DNA from: Ascoidea asiatica JCM 7603
Lineage: Eukaryota; Fungi; Ascomycota
DNA: 64,000 nucleotides
Direction of reading: 5' to 3'
NCBI GenBank assembly: GCA_001600695.1
Contig: BCKQ01000002.1
Coordinates: 1,437,340-1,501,339, forward strand
Of this stretch, positions 22,620 to 34,856 are shown one piece after another. Position 1 is the first letter of the stretch. Each line of letters starts with the position of its first letter. The notes under the pieces were generated by a model, which was not told the DNA's origin, did not search any database, and saw nothing but the letters and a program-made list of their open reading frames with translations. A program made the translations under genes and the position numbers.

Positions 22620-23498
22620 TTTCTAAAGTTTTAATTCAAATTTTTATATTAGAAAATATATATAGCAAAATTTTATTGTATATTGAAATGAGTAGAGTTA
22701 AATTGAATTGAATTGAATTGATAATAATTTAGCTATGGTGATTGAAAATATAATTCATTTAAAGTTAAGATAAATATAAATATTAAATATCTACTGAGGA
22801 TAAAATTATTTATTATGGCCAGTAACTAGAGTAAATAAAATGATTGGATAAATAAGCAATAAGAGAGTGAATTCTTGTTTGTGCTCCAAGATGAAGAAAG
22901 AATGAAAAACAAAAAATTATTCACACTGTTTTTTTTTTATAACTGACTTGTTTATTATTTTAGATATTTTTTTTATATGAAAGAATTGATTTGTATAAAT
23001 TGTTTTATGATATTATTTGAGATTTCTATAGCAAGAAGTAAAGAAAAAGAAAAAAAAAAATAAAAGAAATGAAAAAAATTAAGGAATATTTTAGATATTT
23101 ATATTAATAAAAATACTTTGAGATAGTAAAATTACAAAAAAAAATTGAGATTTTTAGTTAAAATGAGCTTTGTCATTTAGCTATGATTGAATATAGTTTA
23201 TCAGGGTTAATTTTGAAAGAAAATGAGAAAGTTTGTGTAGGGAAAATCTTTGAATTAAAGAAAATATTCATGAAAAGAAATATTATTCATTACAATTTCT
23301 AAATCTTTTAAATAAAAAAATCAAAAATCAATTCCAGTTTATTTTGTAAAAAGTTTGTAGATAATTTGTAAAAGTCGATTGTCACAATTCGGCAATGTAA
23401 TTAAAACCTGCGGAATGTCATCTCAAGCACCTGGAGGCCCAGAATCGTAACAGAAGGGGCGTAGTATCCTGCTTTGAAAGGGGTTATTATGAGTCTAT

Positions 23499-23505
23499 TT
23501 ACCCG
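23499..23505 (-). promoter_or_regulatory. Reb1-type site (CGGGTAA)
   Basis: TTACCCG in the GC-rich patch upstream of EXG1. Confidence 0.45.
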
Positions 23506-24279
23506 ATATCCGGACGAGAATACTAACCAGCGTACCTTTTTTGTTCATTTTGAAACATTCTTTAGAATATATTTTACAATGATTTATCACTTGAATACAA
23601 AAAATAATCAGTCTAAAACCCTTGTGATTATTAAATCAAAAATAAATTCAAAAAAAATATGATTTTGAAAGATCTAGATATTGACTGCTTTTGATTATTG
23701 ATAAACAATTGGGAATTTGATTATAATAAATAATGATTTTTGACTTCTATTTATAACGAAGAAACACCACCTTACCAAAAAAAATATTGATGGCCAAGAC
23801 TTAGATTTTCAGAAAGCAAAGACAAAAACAATAAATGTTACCATAAAACTTTTGAATGTATCTTTCAAAGTACTTGTTGTGTGGCTTGTAACTAGATATA
23901 AGAATGACAAAAAAAAAAAAAAAGAGGTGGTTAAATTGAATGAAGAAGTATGAAAGGTAAGAATTTTCTCGAGTCAGAAACTAGTAAGTTTTTAGCAATT
24001 ATCAGGTTTAATCAATTAGGAAATTTATTTGAAACTAAGAAATTATCCAGTCTATTCTTTTTCAGTTAGACCAGACCAGATTAAATTACTTTTTTATTTA
24101 GAATTCTATCACTTTAATTTGAAGAAAAATTTGCAGGCTTCTCAAAAAACATTGCATCCTAAAATAACTTACATAGGATGTCCTGATAAGAAAATGCTTC
24201 CATGCATTCTCAAATTCAGGGTCATACCTCAAACACACCAAATAAGAAAAGCATATTTTTTAATAACTATTTATATTTA

Positions 24280-24620
24280 ATTACGCGTCTGGTATTCTTG
24301 AGTAAATTTACCACCGAAATGCAAAACACATAAAAAAAAAAGTGAAGCGCTGGAAGTATTGCACTATTGCGTGCTGTTTCTCTCTTTTACGCTGCACGCT
24401 AAACTGTACCTGCTTTTATAGATACCAGCCACAAAACAGTATTTCGGGGCATCGGGGTCTGAAATATACAATTTGGTGCGACACACTCCAATATCCAGGA
24501 CATGCAATTTCAATTAGTCACGTCACTGGTGCATTACGGCAACGTTACCGTAAAATATAGTTAAAAAGTGGTCCTCACGTGACTGTTGTTCTTTGTTAGT
24601 AATAAAATCCAGTGTTTCCG
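24280..24620. promoter_or_regulatory. GC-enriched promoter island upstream of FAT1
   Basis: ACGCGT, TCGGGG x2, palindrome TTACGG-CAACGTTA-CCGTAA (24534-24553), TCACGTGAC (24575). Confidence 0.55.
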
Positions 24621-24981
24621 GAATAAAAAGATGTTGAATTATTATACAATAATTGATATTATCTTAATGGTCCTATTTCAAATGAATAATCATTTAGCTC
24701 TGTAATTCAACAATTTAAGATAAATGAATAAAATGTTTATAAAACTAAACAATCATATACAATAAGAAAAAGAAAAAGAAAAAGAAGAAGAAGAAGTGAA
24801 ACACTACCATCGTATCTAGAAATCAATTTGCTTTCAATGACAATTTCAATTTCAATTTCAATTTCAACTTCAATTTCAATTTCTTAAATTACTTTAAAAG
24901 AACTGATATGCTTAATTGATAAGAAAAAAAAAAAAATAATAAGAACAATAATTAGAAAAAAAACAATAAATAAAAAACAAA

Positions 24982-26733
24982 ATGATTAGTTTACTCAAAA
25001 GATTCTTCAATTTCATAACTTATTATTATAATAAATTAATTCATTTAATCTCATTTTATTTCAATTATTATATTGATTCAAAATTTCATATAATTGATGA
25101 TTTTTATATTATTCCATTTTTTATAAAACATATTATAAATTATGTTTTTTCTGTTTATAATAAAAAATTAAATTTTTGGTATATATTTGAAAAAATTTCA
25201 ATTTCAAAAAAAAATAAAAATAATTTAGCTTTAATTTATATATCTTCAAAAAAAGATAAAATTTCAAATAATTATATTATTCAAAAATTCACTTATAATC
25301 AATTATATAATTCAATTCTTTCTCTTTCTTATATTTTAATTAATACTTATGAAATTAAACCAAATGATATTGTTGGAATTTATATGCATAATAAACCTTT
25401 ATTTATAATATTTTGGTTTGCTTTATGGAATATTGGTGCAAAACCTGCTTTTTTAAATTATAATATTAATGGAAATTCTTTAATTCATTGTTTAAAAATT
25501 TCAAATGTTAAAAATGTATTTTTTGAAGATTTAAATACTAATAATATAAATAAAATTTTAAATTTAAATAATGATCAAATTAATAATTTAAAAAATAATT
25601 TAAAAATTAATTTATTTTTTTTAAAAAATGAAAAAAATTTAATGAATGAATTATTAAATTTAAATTCTCCAAAATTTAGATTAGATAATAAATTTAGAAA
25701 TATTAATGATAAACCATGGTCAATATCTTCATTAATTTTTACTTCTGGTACAACTGGTTTACCAAAAGCTGCAATAATGAGTTGGAGAAAAGTTTTACTT
25801 GGTACTCCATTATATGGTCATATAGTTAGAATGAAATCAAATTCAATAATTTTTACTTCAATGCCTTTATATCATTCAACTGCTTCAATGCTTGGAGTTT
25901 TACCTGCTTTAAGTAAAGGCTCAACAATTGCAATAACTGATAAATTTTCTGCTTCTAATTTTTGGAATCAAGTTAATTTAACAAATTCAACTCATATTCA
26001 ATATGTTGGAGAAATTTGTAGATATCTTTTAAATCAACCAATTAATTCAAATCTTGAAAAAAATCATAAAGTTAAAGTTGCTTATGGTAATGGTTTAAGA
26101 AAAGATATTTGGCAAATTTTTAGAAAAAGATTTAATATTAATGCAATTGGTGAATTTTATGCAGCAACTGAAGCTCCAATTGCTACAACAAGTTTTCAAA
26201 TTGGTGATTATGGTATTGGAGCTTGTAGAAATTATGGTTCTATAATTAATTTTATTTTATCATTTCAACAAATTATTGTAAAAATGAAAAATGATTTAAA
26301 TGATGGAGAATATAAAATTTATAGAAATTCAAATGGATTTTGTGAAGTTTCAAAACCTGAAGAACCTGGTCAACTATTATTTAGAATTTCCAGACCAAAA
26401 AAACCATATGTTGATTTTCAAGGTTATATAAATAATGAAGAAGAAACAAATTCAAAAATTATTAGAAATGTATTTCATAAAGGTGATGCATGGATTAAAA
26501 CTGGAGATTTATTAAAATATGATAAAAATAATTTAATGTATTTTATTGATAGATTAGGTGATACATTCAGATGGAAATCTGAAAATGTTTCAACAAATGA
26601 AATTGAAATTTTAATTAATAATTCAAAATTAATTGAAAATAATGTTGTAATTGGTTTAAAAATTCCTGGTTATGAAGGTAAAGCAGGATTTTCAATAATT
26701 ATTAAAGATAAAAAAAATGAAAATGAAAATGAA

Positions 26734-26765
<32 letters not shown>

Positions 26766-27036
26766 TAATTTAATTTCAGATAATGAATTATTAGAAAATT
26801 TATTAATTTATTCAAATAAAAATATACCAAAATATGCAATTCCTGTATTTATAAAATTTGTTGATGAATTCATTACTACAGATAATCATAAAATAATTAA
26901 AAGAGAATATAGAGAACAAGTAATGCCAAAGGGAAAAGATGGTAAAGATATAATATATTTTTTAAATGGAAATAAATATGAAGAATTAACTCAAGAAACT
27001 TGGGATGATATTTTAAATTCCAAAATTCGTTTATAA
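24982..27036 (+). CDS. FAT1: Very-long-chain fatty acyl-CoA synthetase / fatty acid transport protein
   Basis: AMP-binding IFTSGTTGLPK; MPLYHS; QYVGEICRYL; EFYAATE; FATP signature DRLGDTFRWKSENVST; ends in IRL. Confidence 0.95.
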
Positions 27037-27508
27037 TCAACTAATTTTTAAATGTTGATTTTATTCTTAATGACTTTATATAGACAAGTTTGTATTAAAA
27101 TAAAAAAGATAATTACCTCTTCATAAACTCATTTGCAATATTCATCAATTCATCGATATAAGATTATTGTTGTTTTTATTCGTTTTCAAAATCATGCAGG
27201 GCAAAAAGCACAGAACCAAAAAAATATTTGAAAATGAAAAATAAAAAGAAGACCCAAAATACCGGACTCAAATATTTTTTAAAAAAGAAGAGCCGTTATC
27301 TTGGACTCATATAAGCCACGTGATTTTCCAATTTTTTTTATTTTTCAAAATTTTATTTCGTTTCTTGAACAATTTCTGAGATAAATTCAAGAAAGAAAAA
27401 AATAATTGAGTGAAATTGAAGTAAAAAAGAATAATAGATTTCTTTTTTGGTTTGAAGAAGGTGAATTATCATTATAGAGGTTTCAATTATAGAAGAAGAG
27501 AAAGCAAA

Positions 27509-28915
27509 ATGGTAACGTCTGCTCATACTACACCACTTACAACTCCAGTTCCTAATAGAAGGAGAACAAGAAGTCAATCTAGAAGAAATTCTCTTTCAAA
27601 TCAAAATCAATTCAATAATAGTCCATTATCAAAATCAGTTCCAAATACATCAAGAAAATCAAAACTTAAAAATGTTATTAATTCTAGAAATAAAGATATT
27701 GAAACATCTGATTTAGAAGTAGAAAAAGTACTTAAAGAAGCTGAAAATCTTTCTAAATTAGATCATCTTGATCAATTAAAAACAAAATCTTCTTCTGAGA
27801 AAGATAGTGATAGTGATTTTGAATTAATTGGAACTGTTCTGGTAAATTCAGAAAAAGAAAATGATATATTTAAAAAAACTGAAACAAAATTAAAAGATAG
27901 TATTGTTGAAGATCAAGAAATGATAGATACGATAGATACTGATAAAGAATTTATTAAACCTGCTATTCCTGAAAAAAAAGAAAATCAAATAGTAAAAAAT
28001 TTAATTATAAATGAAGATCAAGATGAAGATGTAGATATGGAAATGGAAATTCAAAATGAAAGCCCAAAAGATATAATAGAGAAAAAAACACCTGTGAAGA
28101 AGAATTCAACTTCTAAAAAAAATACTCCATTAAAAGAAAATAGTTTTATTAAAAAGAATAGTCCATTTGTGAATAAAACTAATAATACTCTTACAAAGAT
28201 TTCCGAGGAAAAGGTTATAAGCAATGTAGTTGAAAATAAAATTGATATTGATAGTGATATTGATAGTGATAGTGATGATGCACCTGAAGAAGAAGCATTT
28301 AGTTCTGCAAAAACAATAGCATTAAATAAATTAAAAGAAGAAGAAAAAATTGAAGAAGAAAAACAAAAACAATTAAAAGAAAAAAGAAGAATTCAAAATG
28401 AAAAATTTAAAAAACAACAAGAAGAAAAAAGGAAGAAACTTGAAAAAAAAGAAAAAAAAAAAAATAAAAAAGAAAATAAAAAATTAAAATCAGAAATTAA
28501 AACTAAATCAATTTCAGATATAATTTTAGATACAAATGAAATTCCAGATATTTTACCAGAAGATTTATTAAATACAGCAGCTAATACAACATTATCAATA
28601 AATTATAATAAAAATAATTTAATTTCATTTAAAAATGAAAGAAAATTAGAAAAATTAAAAGCAAAACATATTAAATTAGATCAAATTCATCAAGAAGAAA
28701 TTATAAGAATTAGAAAAAAAATAAAAGAAGAAAATTTAAAAAAAGTTAAAAAACTTAATAAAAATATTGTTAAAAAAGGTCCAGTTAAAGTTAAGTTATT
28801 ACCAAATAAAAAAAATTTAAATATGGCACCAATTTCAGAGAAAAAAGTTACAAATTCTAAAGAAAGATGGTTAAAAAGAAAAGCTTTAGGTAAAAAAGGT
28901 AGTTATAAATTTTAA
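27509..28915 (+). CDS. BUD21: U3 snoRNP/SSU processome factor Bud21/Utp16-like, with a long N-terminal extension
   Basis: DSDSDDAPEEE motif, charged coiled coil, LPEDLL, KKGPVKV..APIS..SKERWLKR. Convergent neighbour ATX2 as in S. cerevisiae (YOR078W/YOR079C). First ATG 27509. Confidence 0.72.
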   Translation: MVTSAHTTPLTTPVPNRRRTRSQSRRNSLSNQNQFNNSPLSKSVPNTSRKSKLKNVINSRNKDIETSDLEVEKVLKEAENLSKLDHLDQLKTKSSSEKDSDSDFELIGTVLVNSEKENDIFKKTETKLKDSIVEDQEMIDTIDTDKEFIKPAIPEKKENQIVKNLIINEDQDEDVDMEMEIQNESPKDIIEKKTPVKKNSTSKKNTPLKENSFIKKNSPFVNKTNNTLTKISEEKVISNVVENKIDIDSDIDSDSDDAPEEEAFSSAKTIALNKLKEEEKIEEEKQKQLKEKRRIQNEKFKKQQEEKRKKLEKKEKKKNKKENKKLKSEIKTKSISDIILDTNEIPDILPEDLLNTAANTTLSINYNKNNLISFKNERKLEKLKAKHIKLDQIHQEEIIRIRKKIKEENLKKVKKLNKNIVKKGPVKVKLLPNKKNLNMAPISEKKVTNSKERWLKRKALGKKGSYKF

Positions 28916-29071
28916 TTTATATCAAATATTTATTTCTATAAATAAATAAATAAATGATTTTATAATTTCATAATTTTATAATTTTATAATTTTATAATTT
29001 AATTGTCTAATAAGTAATGCAAGTAAGTAGTAAATATAGTAAATATTATAAGTATAGTATATACAATTATT

Positions 29072-30263
29072 TTATTCTTTTATAAAGGATATTAAAAGTG
29101 GAAATGTCATTCCAGCAATACTTAAAAATAGATCAAGTATTGATACTGGAATAATTTTTTTTTCATTAAGAGTATTAATTGAAGAAGAATCAGTTCCTGA
29201 ACTTAAAGGTAATGAATGATTATGATTATAATTATTATTATTTGAAGTAAATTCTTGCATAACATGAACAGCAACAAATAAAAAAGTTCCACCACTAAAT
29301 AATAATAATAAACCAGTATAAAAAGAAATTGAATTATTATTTGAATTTGAATCAGGATTTGAATCATTATTACCAGCTAATAAGATTATTAAAAGGTAAG
29401 TTAATATTGAACCAAAAGGAGCAGCAGATGCAAAAGATATTAAATTTAATTTAATTTCATATAAAGATATTGTTGAATTTAATAATACAGAAGTTAAAGC
29501 AAAAGCAGCAGGAAATTTATGTATCATTATTGCTAAGAATACAATAAATTCTAAAGTTGGATTTGAAGTTGCAATTGAAGAACCTAAAGCAACACCATCA
29601 GCAATTGAATGAATTACAAGACCTAAAGTTGTTGAAGAATTTGATAAAGCTTTGAAATAATTATTTGGTATTAAATAACTTTTAACAAATGAAGATGAAG
29701 GTTGTAAACTATTATTTATATTAATATTTGAAGGAATTTGTTGTTGTTGTTGTTGTTGTTCTAATTGATCATTCAGATCTTGTTGATTATCAACGAGAGT
29801 ATAAGAATCTGAATTTTCAATATAATTACTATTACTATTATTTTTCATAAATAATTTTTTAAAAAGTGTTAAGAATACATTAAAATTATCAATTAAGAAC
29901 ATTAATATAAACCCAGATATTAACATAATTCCAACATAAAAAGTATTTTGAGTTTCATCAGATTTTGGTAAATTATTTAAATAAATTGTATTGACACCTT
30001 CTGGAATAATTACAATCAAAGCTGTACCTATTAATACACCCATACCAAACATTGAAATATATCTTATTTTTGAAGCTGAAAGATTTATAGATAAAGGTAA
30101 TAAACCTGCTACAAATGCACTGAATTTAAAAATTGAATGTTAGTTTAAGATCAATATATAAAAAAGAAAAGAAAAGAAAAGAAAAGAAAAGAAAAGAATA
30201 ATTTATAACTTACGCAGTACCCATCAAAAAGGATAGAATTAAAAGTAGAATTAAAGAATGCAT
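29072..30263 (-). CDS. ATX2: ZIP-family metal (Mn/Zn) transporter Atx2; exons 30263-30214 and 30119-29072
   Basis: GVLIGTALIVIIPEG, GLVIHSIADGVALG, AIMIHKFP, LLFSGGTFLFVAVH. The spliced N-terminus MHSLILLLILSFLMGTAAFVAGLLPLS joins in frame. Confidence 0.9.
30120..30213 (-). other. Spliceosomal intron in ATX2 (94 nt, phase 2)
   Basis: GTAAGT donor, AACTAAC branch, CAG acceptor; contains (TTTTC)n; restores the frame and the first TM helix. Confidence 0.88.
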
Positions 30264-30419
30264 TGAGGTTTATGATTACCTGAGTATGATATATAAATTA
30301 GCTAGGACTATTACTGTTTTATTTTGTTTATCATGTCAATAAAAGTAATTGAAATAAAGTGAATTGAATAGAAATGAAATAAATACATGTATATTGAACT
30401 GCAGATATGGATAAATGAG

Positions 30420-30473
30420 TTCTTGATTCTTGATTCTTGGTTCTTGATTCTTGATTCTTGATTCTTGATTCTT
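30420..30473. repeat. (TTCTTGA)7 heptamer microsatellite
   Basis: Seven units, one of them TTCTTGG. Confidence 0.9.
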
Positions 30474-30479
30474 TTATCT

Positions 30480-30685
30480 GCCACCACTTTTCATGGCTAC
30501 CTGTTTATAAATACACTCGCAGCCAGGGCTTCCACCGAGAACAGGGCTTGCTCCGAGAACAGACTCGAAAACTGAAACAAACCAACGGAGACACGTGAGC
30601 AGAGGCCAGCAAAAGAGGAGAGCCAGAGAAGTGGTCTCAATGTGATTGTCCACGTGCGATTATGTAATTACCAGCAGGGACCAAA
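30480..30685. promoter_or_regulatory. GC-enriched divergent promoter island (ATX2 / YKU80)
   Basis: 18-bp tandem duplication at 30524-30559; CACGTG at 30592 and 30651. Confidence 0.5.
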
Positions 30686-30914
30686 AGTTTGGGTTTTTGA
30701 ACTATTTCAAAACAAACAATAAATTAAATGAAGAAATGAAGAAATGAAGAAATGAGTTAAAAGAAGAATAGTCGATGATGAACAGATAAATGATAGATCA
30801 ATGATGAATCATTGAGTGGATGAAGAGGCTTAATCAATGAATTGAGTGTTGAAGAACAAGAATGATATAAGAATTAGGTACTTGATTGCATCCATATCCA
30901 ACAATTTTAACCAA

Positions 30915-32201
30915 ATGGCTTCTAAAGAGGTAACTGCCTTTGTTGTAGATTTATCTCCAACAATGGGTAATAAAAATAATGGAAGAGATATATCTGATTT
31001 AGAATATGGTTTAAAATATCCAAATCATTTAATCTCAAAGAAAATATTAAGACAAAGAAAAACTGATTATATTTCTATAATATCTTGTCATTCATTAAAA
31101 TCTAATGTACCTGAAATTTTTAAAAGTTTATCTGCAATGGAAAATATTTCTTTAGATATTCCAATAAAAACTCCAGATTTTAATGATTTAAAAATATTAA
31201 ATAATTTAAAAGTTAATAAAAATACTTATTCTAATAATGAAGGTGGTATCTTAATGTCAATTTTATTATCTGTTAATTTAATTAATTCTTTTATTGTTAA
31301 AAAAAAATTTATAAAAAATATTTTTATTATTACAAATATTGATAAAGATTTAATAATTTCAAATGATTTTATAAATTCATTAATTCCAGTACTTAATGAA
31401 TTTGAAATTAATTTAAATTTAATTGGTATTGATTTTAATTTAAATTTAAATTTAAATTTAAACTCTTTTTTTTATAATCAATGGAAAAATTTTTTTAATA
31501 ATTTAAATTTAGGTTATATTATAGATTGTAAAGATCTTATAAATTCTTTTGAAAATACAAATCCATTTATAAAAATTGTTAAACCAATAACTTTATTTTC
31601 TGGTCAATTAAGATTAGGTGCTGATATTTTTTTAACTTCAAATAAAATTATCTCTGATGATCCATATTCAATTTCAATTAATGTTGATGGTTTTTATGGT
31701 ATTAAAAATGAAAGTCTGACATCATATACTTCTTCATATTTAAATTCTTCTTCTTCTTCTTCTTCTTCGAACAACAATGATAATATTAAAATTCCATTAA
31801 AACAATTTAAAGAATATAAAATAACTAATGATAATAATGAAAATATAAATATTAATCAATCTGAAATGATAAAAGCTTATGGTTATGCATCTTCAATAGT
31901 AACTATAAATAATTCTTTAAAAAATTCTTTAATTTATAAAACTCAAATTGGTATTGATATTAGAGGTATAATAAATAAAAATGATTTACCAATTTGGTAT
32001 ATTTTAAATGAATCTTTACTTTTATTTCCAAAAAATAATTATGGTGTTAAAGATCAAATATCTTTTGGTTTAATTGTACAAAGTTTAATTGATTTAAATT
32101 CTTATGCAATTGCAAGATATGTTCAAAAATTAAATTCAGAACCTCAAATGGTTGTTTTAATTCCAGTAATTATTGAAGAAAATACAATTAATAATCATTT
32201 A

Positions 32202-32234
<33 letters not shown>

Positions 32235-33116
32235 TTAAAAAGAAATTTCAATGAATTAAATATTGATTCTAATAATAATGAAAAGGAAAAGGAAAATGGT
32301 AAAATTTATGCATTATCTTTATGTAGATTACCTTATAAAGAAGATGAAAAAATTTCAAATTTTTCAAAATTAACTGAAATTACAACAAGTTCTGGAAAAA
32401 TTATTAAAGAAAATCATGAATTATTACCAACTGAAGAAATGAAAACTGAAATGGAAAATTATATATATTCAATGGATATGGATACTAATATAAATATAGA
32501 TAATGATATTGAAATTGATAAAAAAAATATATATAAAAATTCCAATTTTTTTATAAGTAATATTTATGATAAAGATAATTTTCTTCAAGATACAAAAATA
32601 AATAAAAAAAATGTTCAAGGTGAAATTCAAAAATATAATCCTAAAAAGGAAAGTACAAATGAAAATCAGGAAAAGAACTTTATCGATAATAATAATGATG
32701 AAGAAGATGATGATGATGATGTAGGAATGACAGTTTATTCACCTTACCTTAATAGAGTTCCAATTGTTCTTCAAGAAATTGGAATTTCTGCAAGTAAAAA
32801 AAATTGTTCAATTGAAACATATTTGAAATCTTTAAAAAATGAAGAAGATGCAATACCTAAAATAAATCCTAAATTTTTAAAAATTTCAAAAATACCAAAT
32901 GAAAGATTAAAAAAATCAGAAAAATCAAGAGAAAAATTAATTGAATTATTAAATATTAAACAAATTGAAATTTTAAATAAAAATAAAATAAAAGATGAAG
33001 ATAAAGATGAAAATAGAAAAAAATTTATAGATGAAATGAGAGTAAAAAATGAAATATATGAAGAAGAAGAATGGGAATATAAAACAATGCCATCATTAGA
33101 TGATATATTAGGATGA
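30915..33116 (+). CDS. YKU80: Ku80 subunit of the Ku DNA end-binding complex
   Basis: vWA start MASKEVTAFVVDLSPTM; RKTDYIS; KAYGYAS; YAIARYVQK..EPQMVVLIP; RLPYKEDEK; MENYIYSMDM. First ATG 30915. Confidence 0.9.
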
Positions 33117-33161
33117 AAAAATAATATATATACAGTATACAGTATATATATATTTGTATGG

Positions 33162-34271
33162 CTAAATTGGAGGTTGAACTTTATTTAAAACATCTTGAAT
33201 AATTAAATCAGTATTCCATTTTTCAATAATTTTTTTAATTAAACTTACATCACTACCATATTGTAAAGAAGTTTCATCATTTGAATTAATTATTGAAATT
33301 TTTAAAGGTAATAATTTTTTTGCAGCTAATTTAACTAAAGATGGTATAACATAATCATAATTATAAAAAACAGATAATGAACGTATCATTAATTCAAATT
33401 GATTTATAACTTTTGTTTGTAAACCATTTAAAACAAATCTATGATTTCTTGTAAATATTATTATATCTAAAATATATCTTTTAATTTCTGGAATCATTTC
33501 AATTTTATTAATTTTTTCTCTAAAAGTTAATAATTGTTTGATATTTGAAGAAAGATTTGGTTTTATTATAATATTATTATTGATTTTACTTTGGTTATTA
33601 TTTAGATTATTTTTATAAAAATTTTGTTGTTTGAAAAAAAATTGATCTTTTAAATGTTTATTTAATAAAAATTCTGAATTTGGAGGTAAAATTAAAATTG
33701 ATAAAAAAATATCAGTTTTATTATAAATTTTATTATTGAAAGATAAATTATTATTTTTTAAAATATTTAAAAAATTAATTTGAAAAGAATTTGAATTAGT
33801 TTCAAAACCTTTAATAATATTAATTGGTTTTATTAAATTAATTTCGGAACTATTTAAATTAGTTGAACTATTTGAATTATTTGGATAATTGAATAAGAAA
33901 TTATTATTAAACTGATTAATATTTAAATCATCATCATTTTTATTAGAAGAATTTGAATTTGAATTTGAATTTGAATTTGAATTTGATTTTAAATTTAAAT
34001 TTAAATTATTTATATGGAATTTTTTGAAACCAAAGATTTTTCTAAAAATTAATAATAATTGATATTCAGTATAATCTAAATTATTTGAGATTAGTATTAA
34101 ATTTTTTGAAGATATTAAACATAAAAAAATTGCAATATATAAATTTTGATCGAAATTTAACTTATAATTTAGTTTAATTGAATTTAAATCATTTAATTTA
34201 ATGATCTTCTTATTATTAATACTCAAACTGGAATTGGAATTGGAATTTGAATTGGAATTGAGATTATTCAT
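33162..34271 (-). CDS. MTC2: Mtc2 (maintenance of telomere capping 2; degenerate AAA-lid/ChlI-like)
   Basis: PEIKRYILDIIIFTRNHRFV..G..YVIPSLVKLAAKK..SLQYGSD...DVLNKVQPPI; divergent from UTP11 as in S. cerevisiae (YKL098W/YKL099C). Confidence 0.82.
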   Translation of the reverse strand: MNNLNSNSNSNSNSSLSINNKKIIKLNDLNSIKLNYKLNFDQNLYIAIFLCLISSKNLILISNNLDYTEYQLLLIFRKIFGFKKFHINNLNLNLKSNSNSNSNSNSNSSNKNDDDLNINQFNNNFLFNYPNNSNSSTNLNSSEINLIKPINIIKGFETNSNSFQINFLNILKNNNLSFNNKIYNKTDIFLSILILPPNSEFLLNKHLKDQFFFKQQNFYKNNLNNNQSKINNNIIIKPNLSSNIKQLLTFREKINKIEMIPEIKRYILDIIIFTRNHRFVLNGLQTKVINQFELMIRSLSVFYNYDYVIPSLVKLAAKKLLPLKISIINSNDETSLQYGSDVSLIKKIIEKWNTDLIIQDVLNKVQPPI

Positions 34272-34355
34272 TCTTCTGATATATTACTGTATAAGAAAGT
34301 GAAATGAAATGAGAAATTGAAAAGAAAAGTAAGTAGAGAAGAATTGTTGATAAAG

Positions 34356-34435
34356 TATAATATAATATAATATAATATAATAGAATAGAATAGAATAGAA
34401 TAGAATAGAATAGAATAGAATATAATATAATATAA
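34356..34435. repeat. Compound pentamer microsatellite (TATAA)5(TAGAA)8(TATAA)3
   Basis: Direct reading. Confidence 0.9.
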
Positions 34436-34786
34436 TAAGATTGGATATAATACAATATTGGATATTTATAATGGATAATTTATTATTGATAATTGAGTTG
34501 ATTTTTAATTTCAAATTCAGTAATTACTATTGAAGCATTATATTTAACCTTTTATTGAATAGAATAATTAAATAATTAAATAATGAGTAATGAGTAATGA
34601 TAATTGTAAATAATAATGATAATTATAAAGTTAATTTTAGTGATAAATGCAAAGATAATGTTTTGAGTATTTATACAAGTTTACTTTCATCAAAGAGATG
34701 AACTATTTATTTTCTAATTTCTAGTTTCTAATTTCTAGTTTTTGGTTTCTGATATCCTATTTTCTTAATTCTTAATTGGTTTAAAC

Positions 34787-34856
34787 TCTTTTATCTTTTA
34801 TCTTTTATCTTTTATCTTTTATCTTTTATCTTTTATCTTTTGTCTTTTGTCTTTTA
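34787..34856. repeat. (TCTTTTR)10 heptamer microsatellite
   Basis: Ten units, two ending in G. Confidence 0.9.

Noticed and set aside
30524-30562. CRISPR-like repeat (also 45850-45882)
   Set aside because: Only 2-3 abutting units without spacers; eukaryotic context, no cas genes
34264-34514. ORFs with ILFYS/ILYY repeats; also 45545-45751
   Set aside because: Translations of pentamer and 12-mer microsatellites
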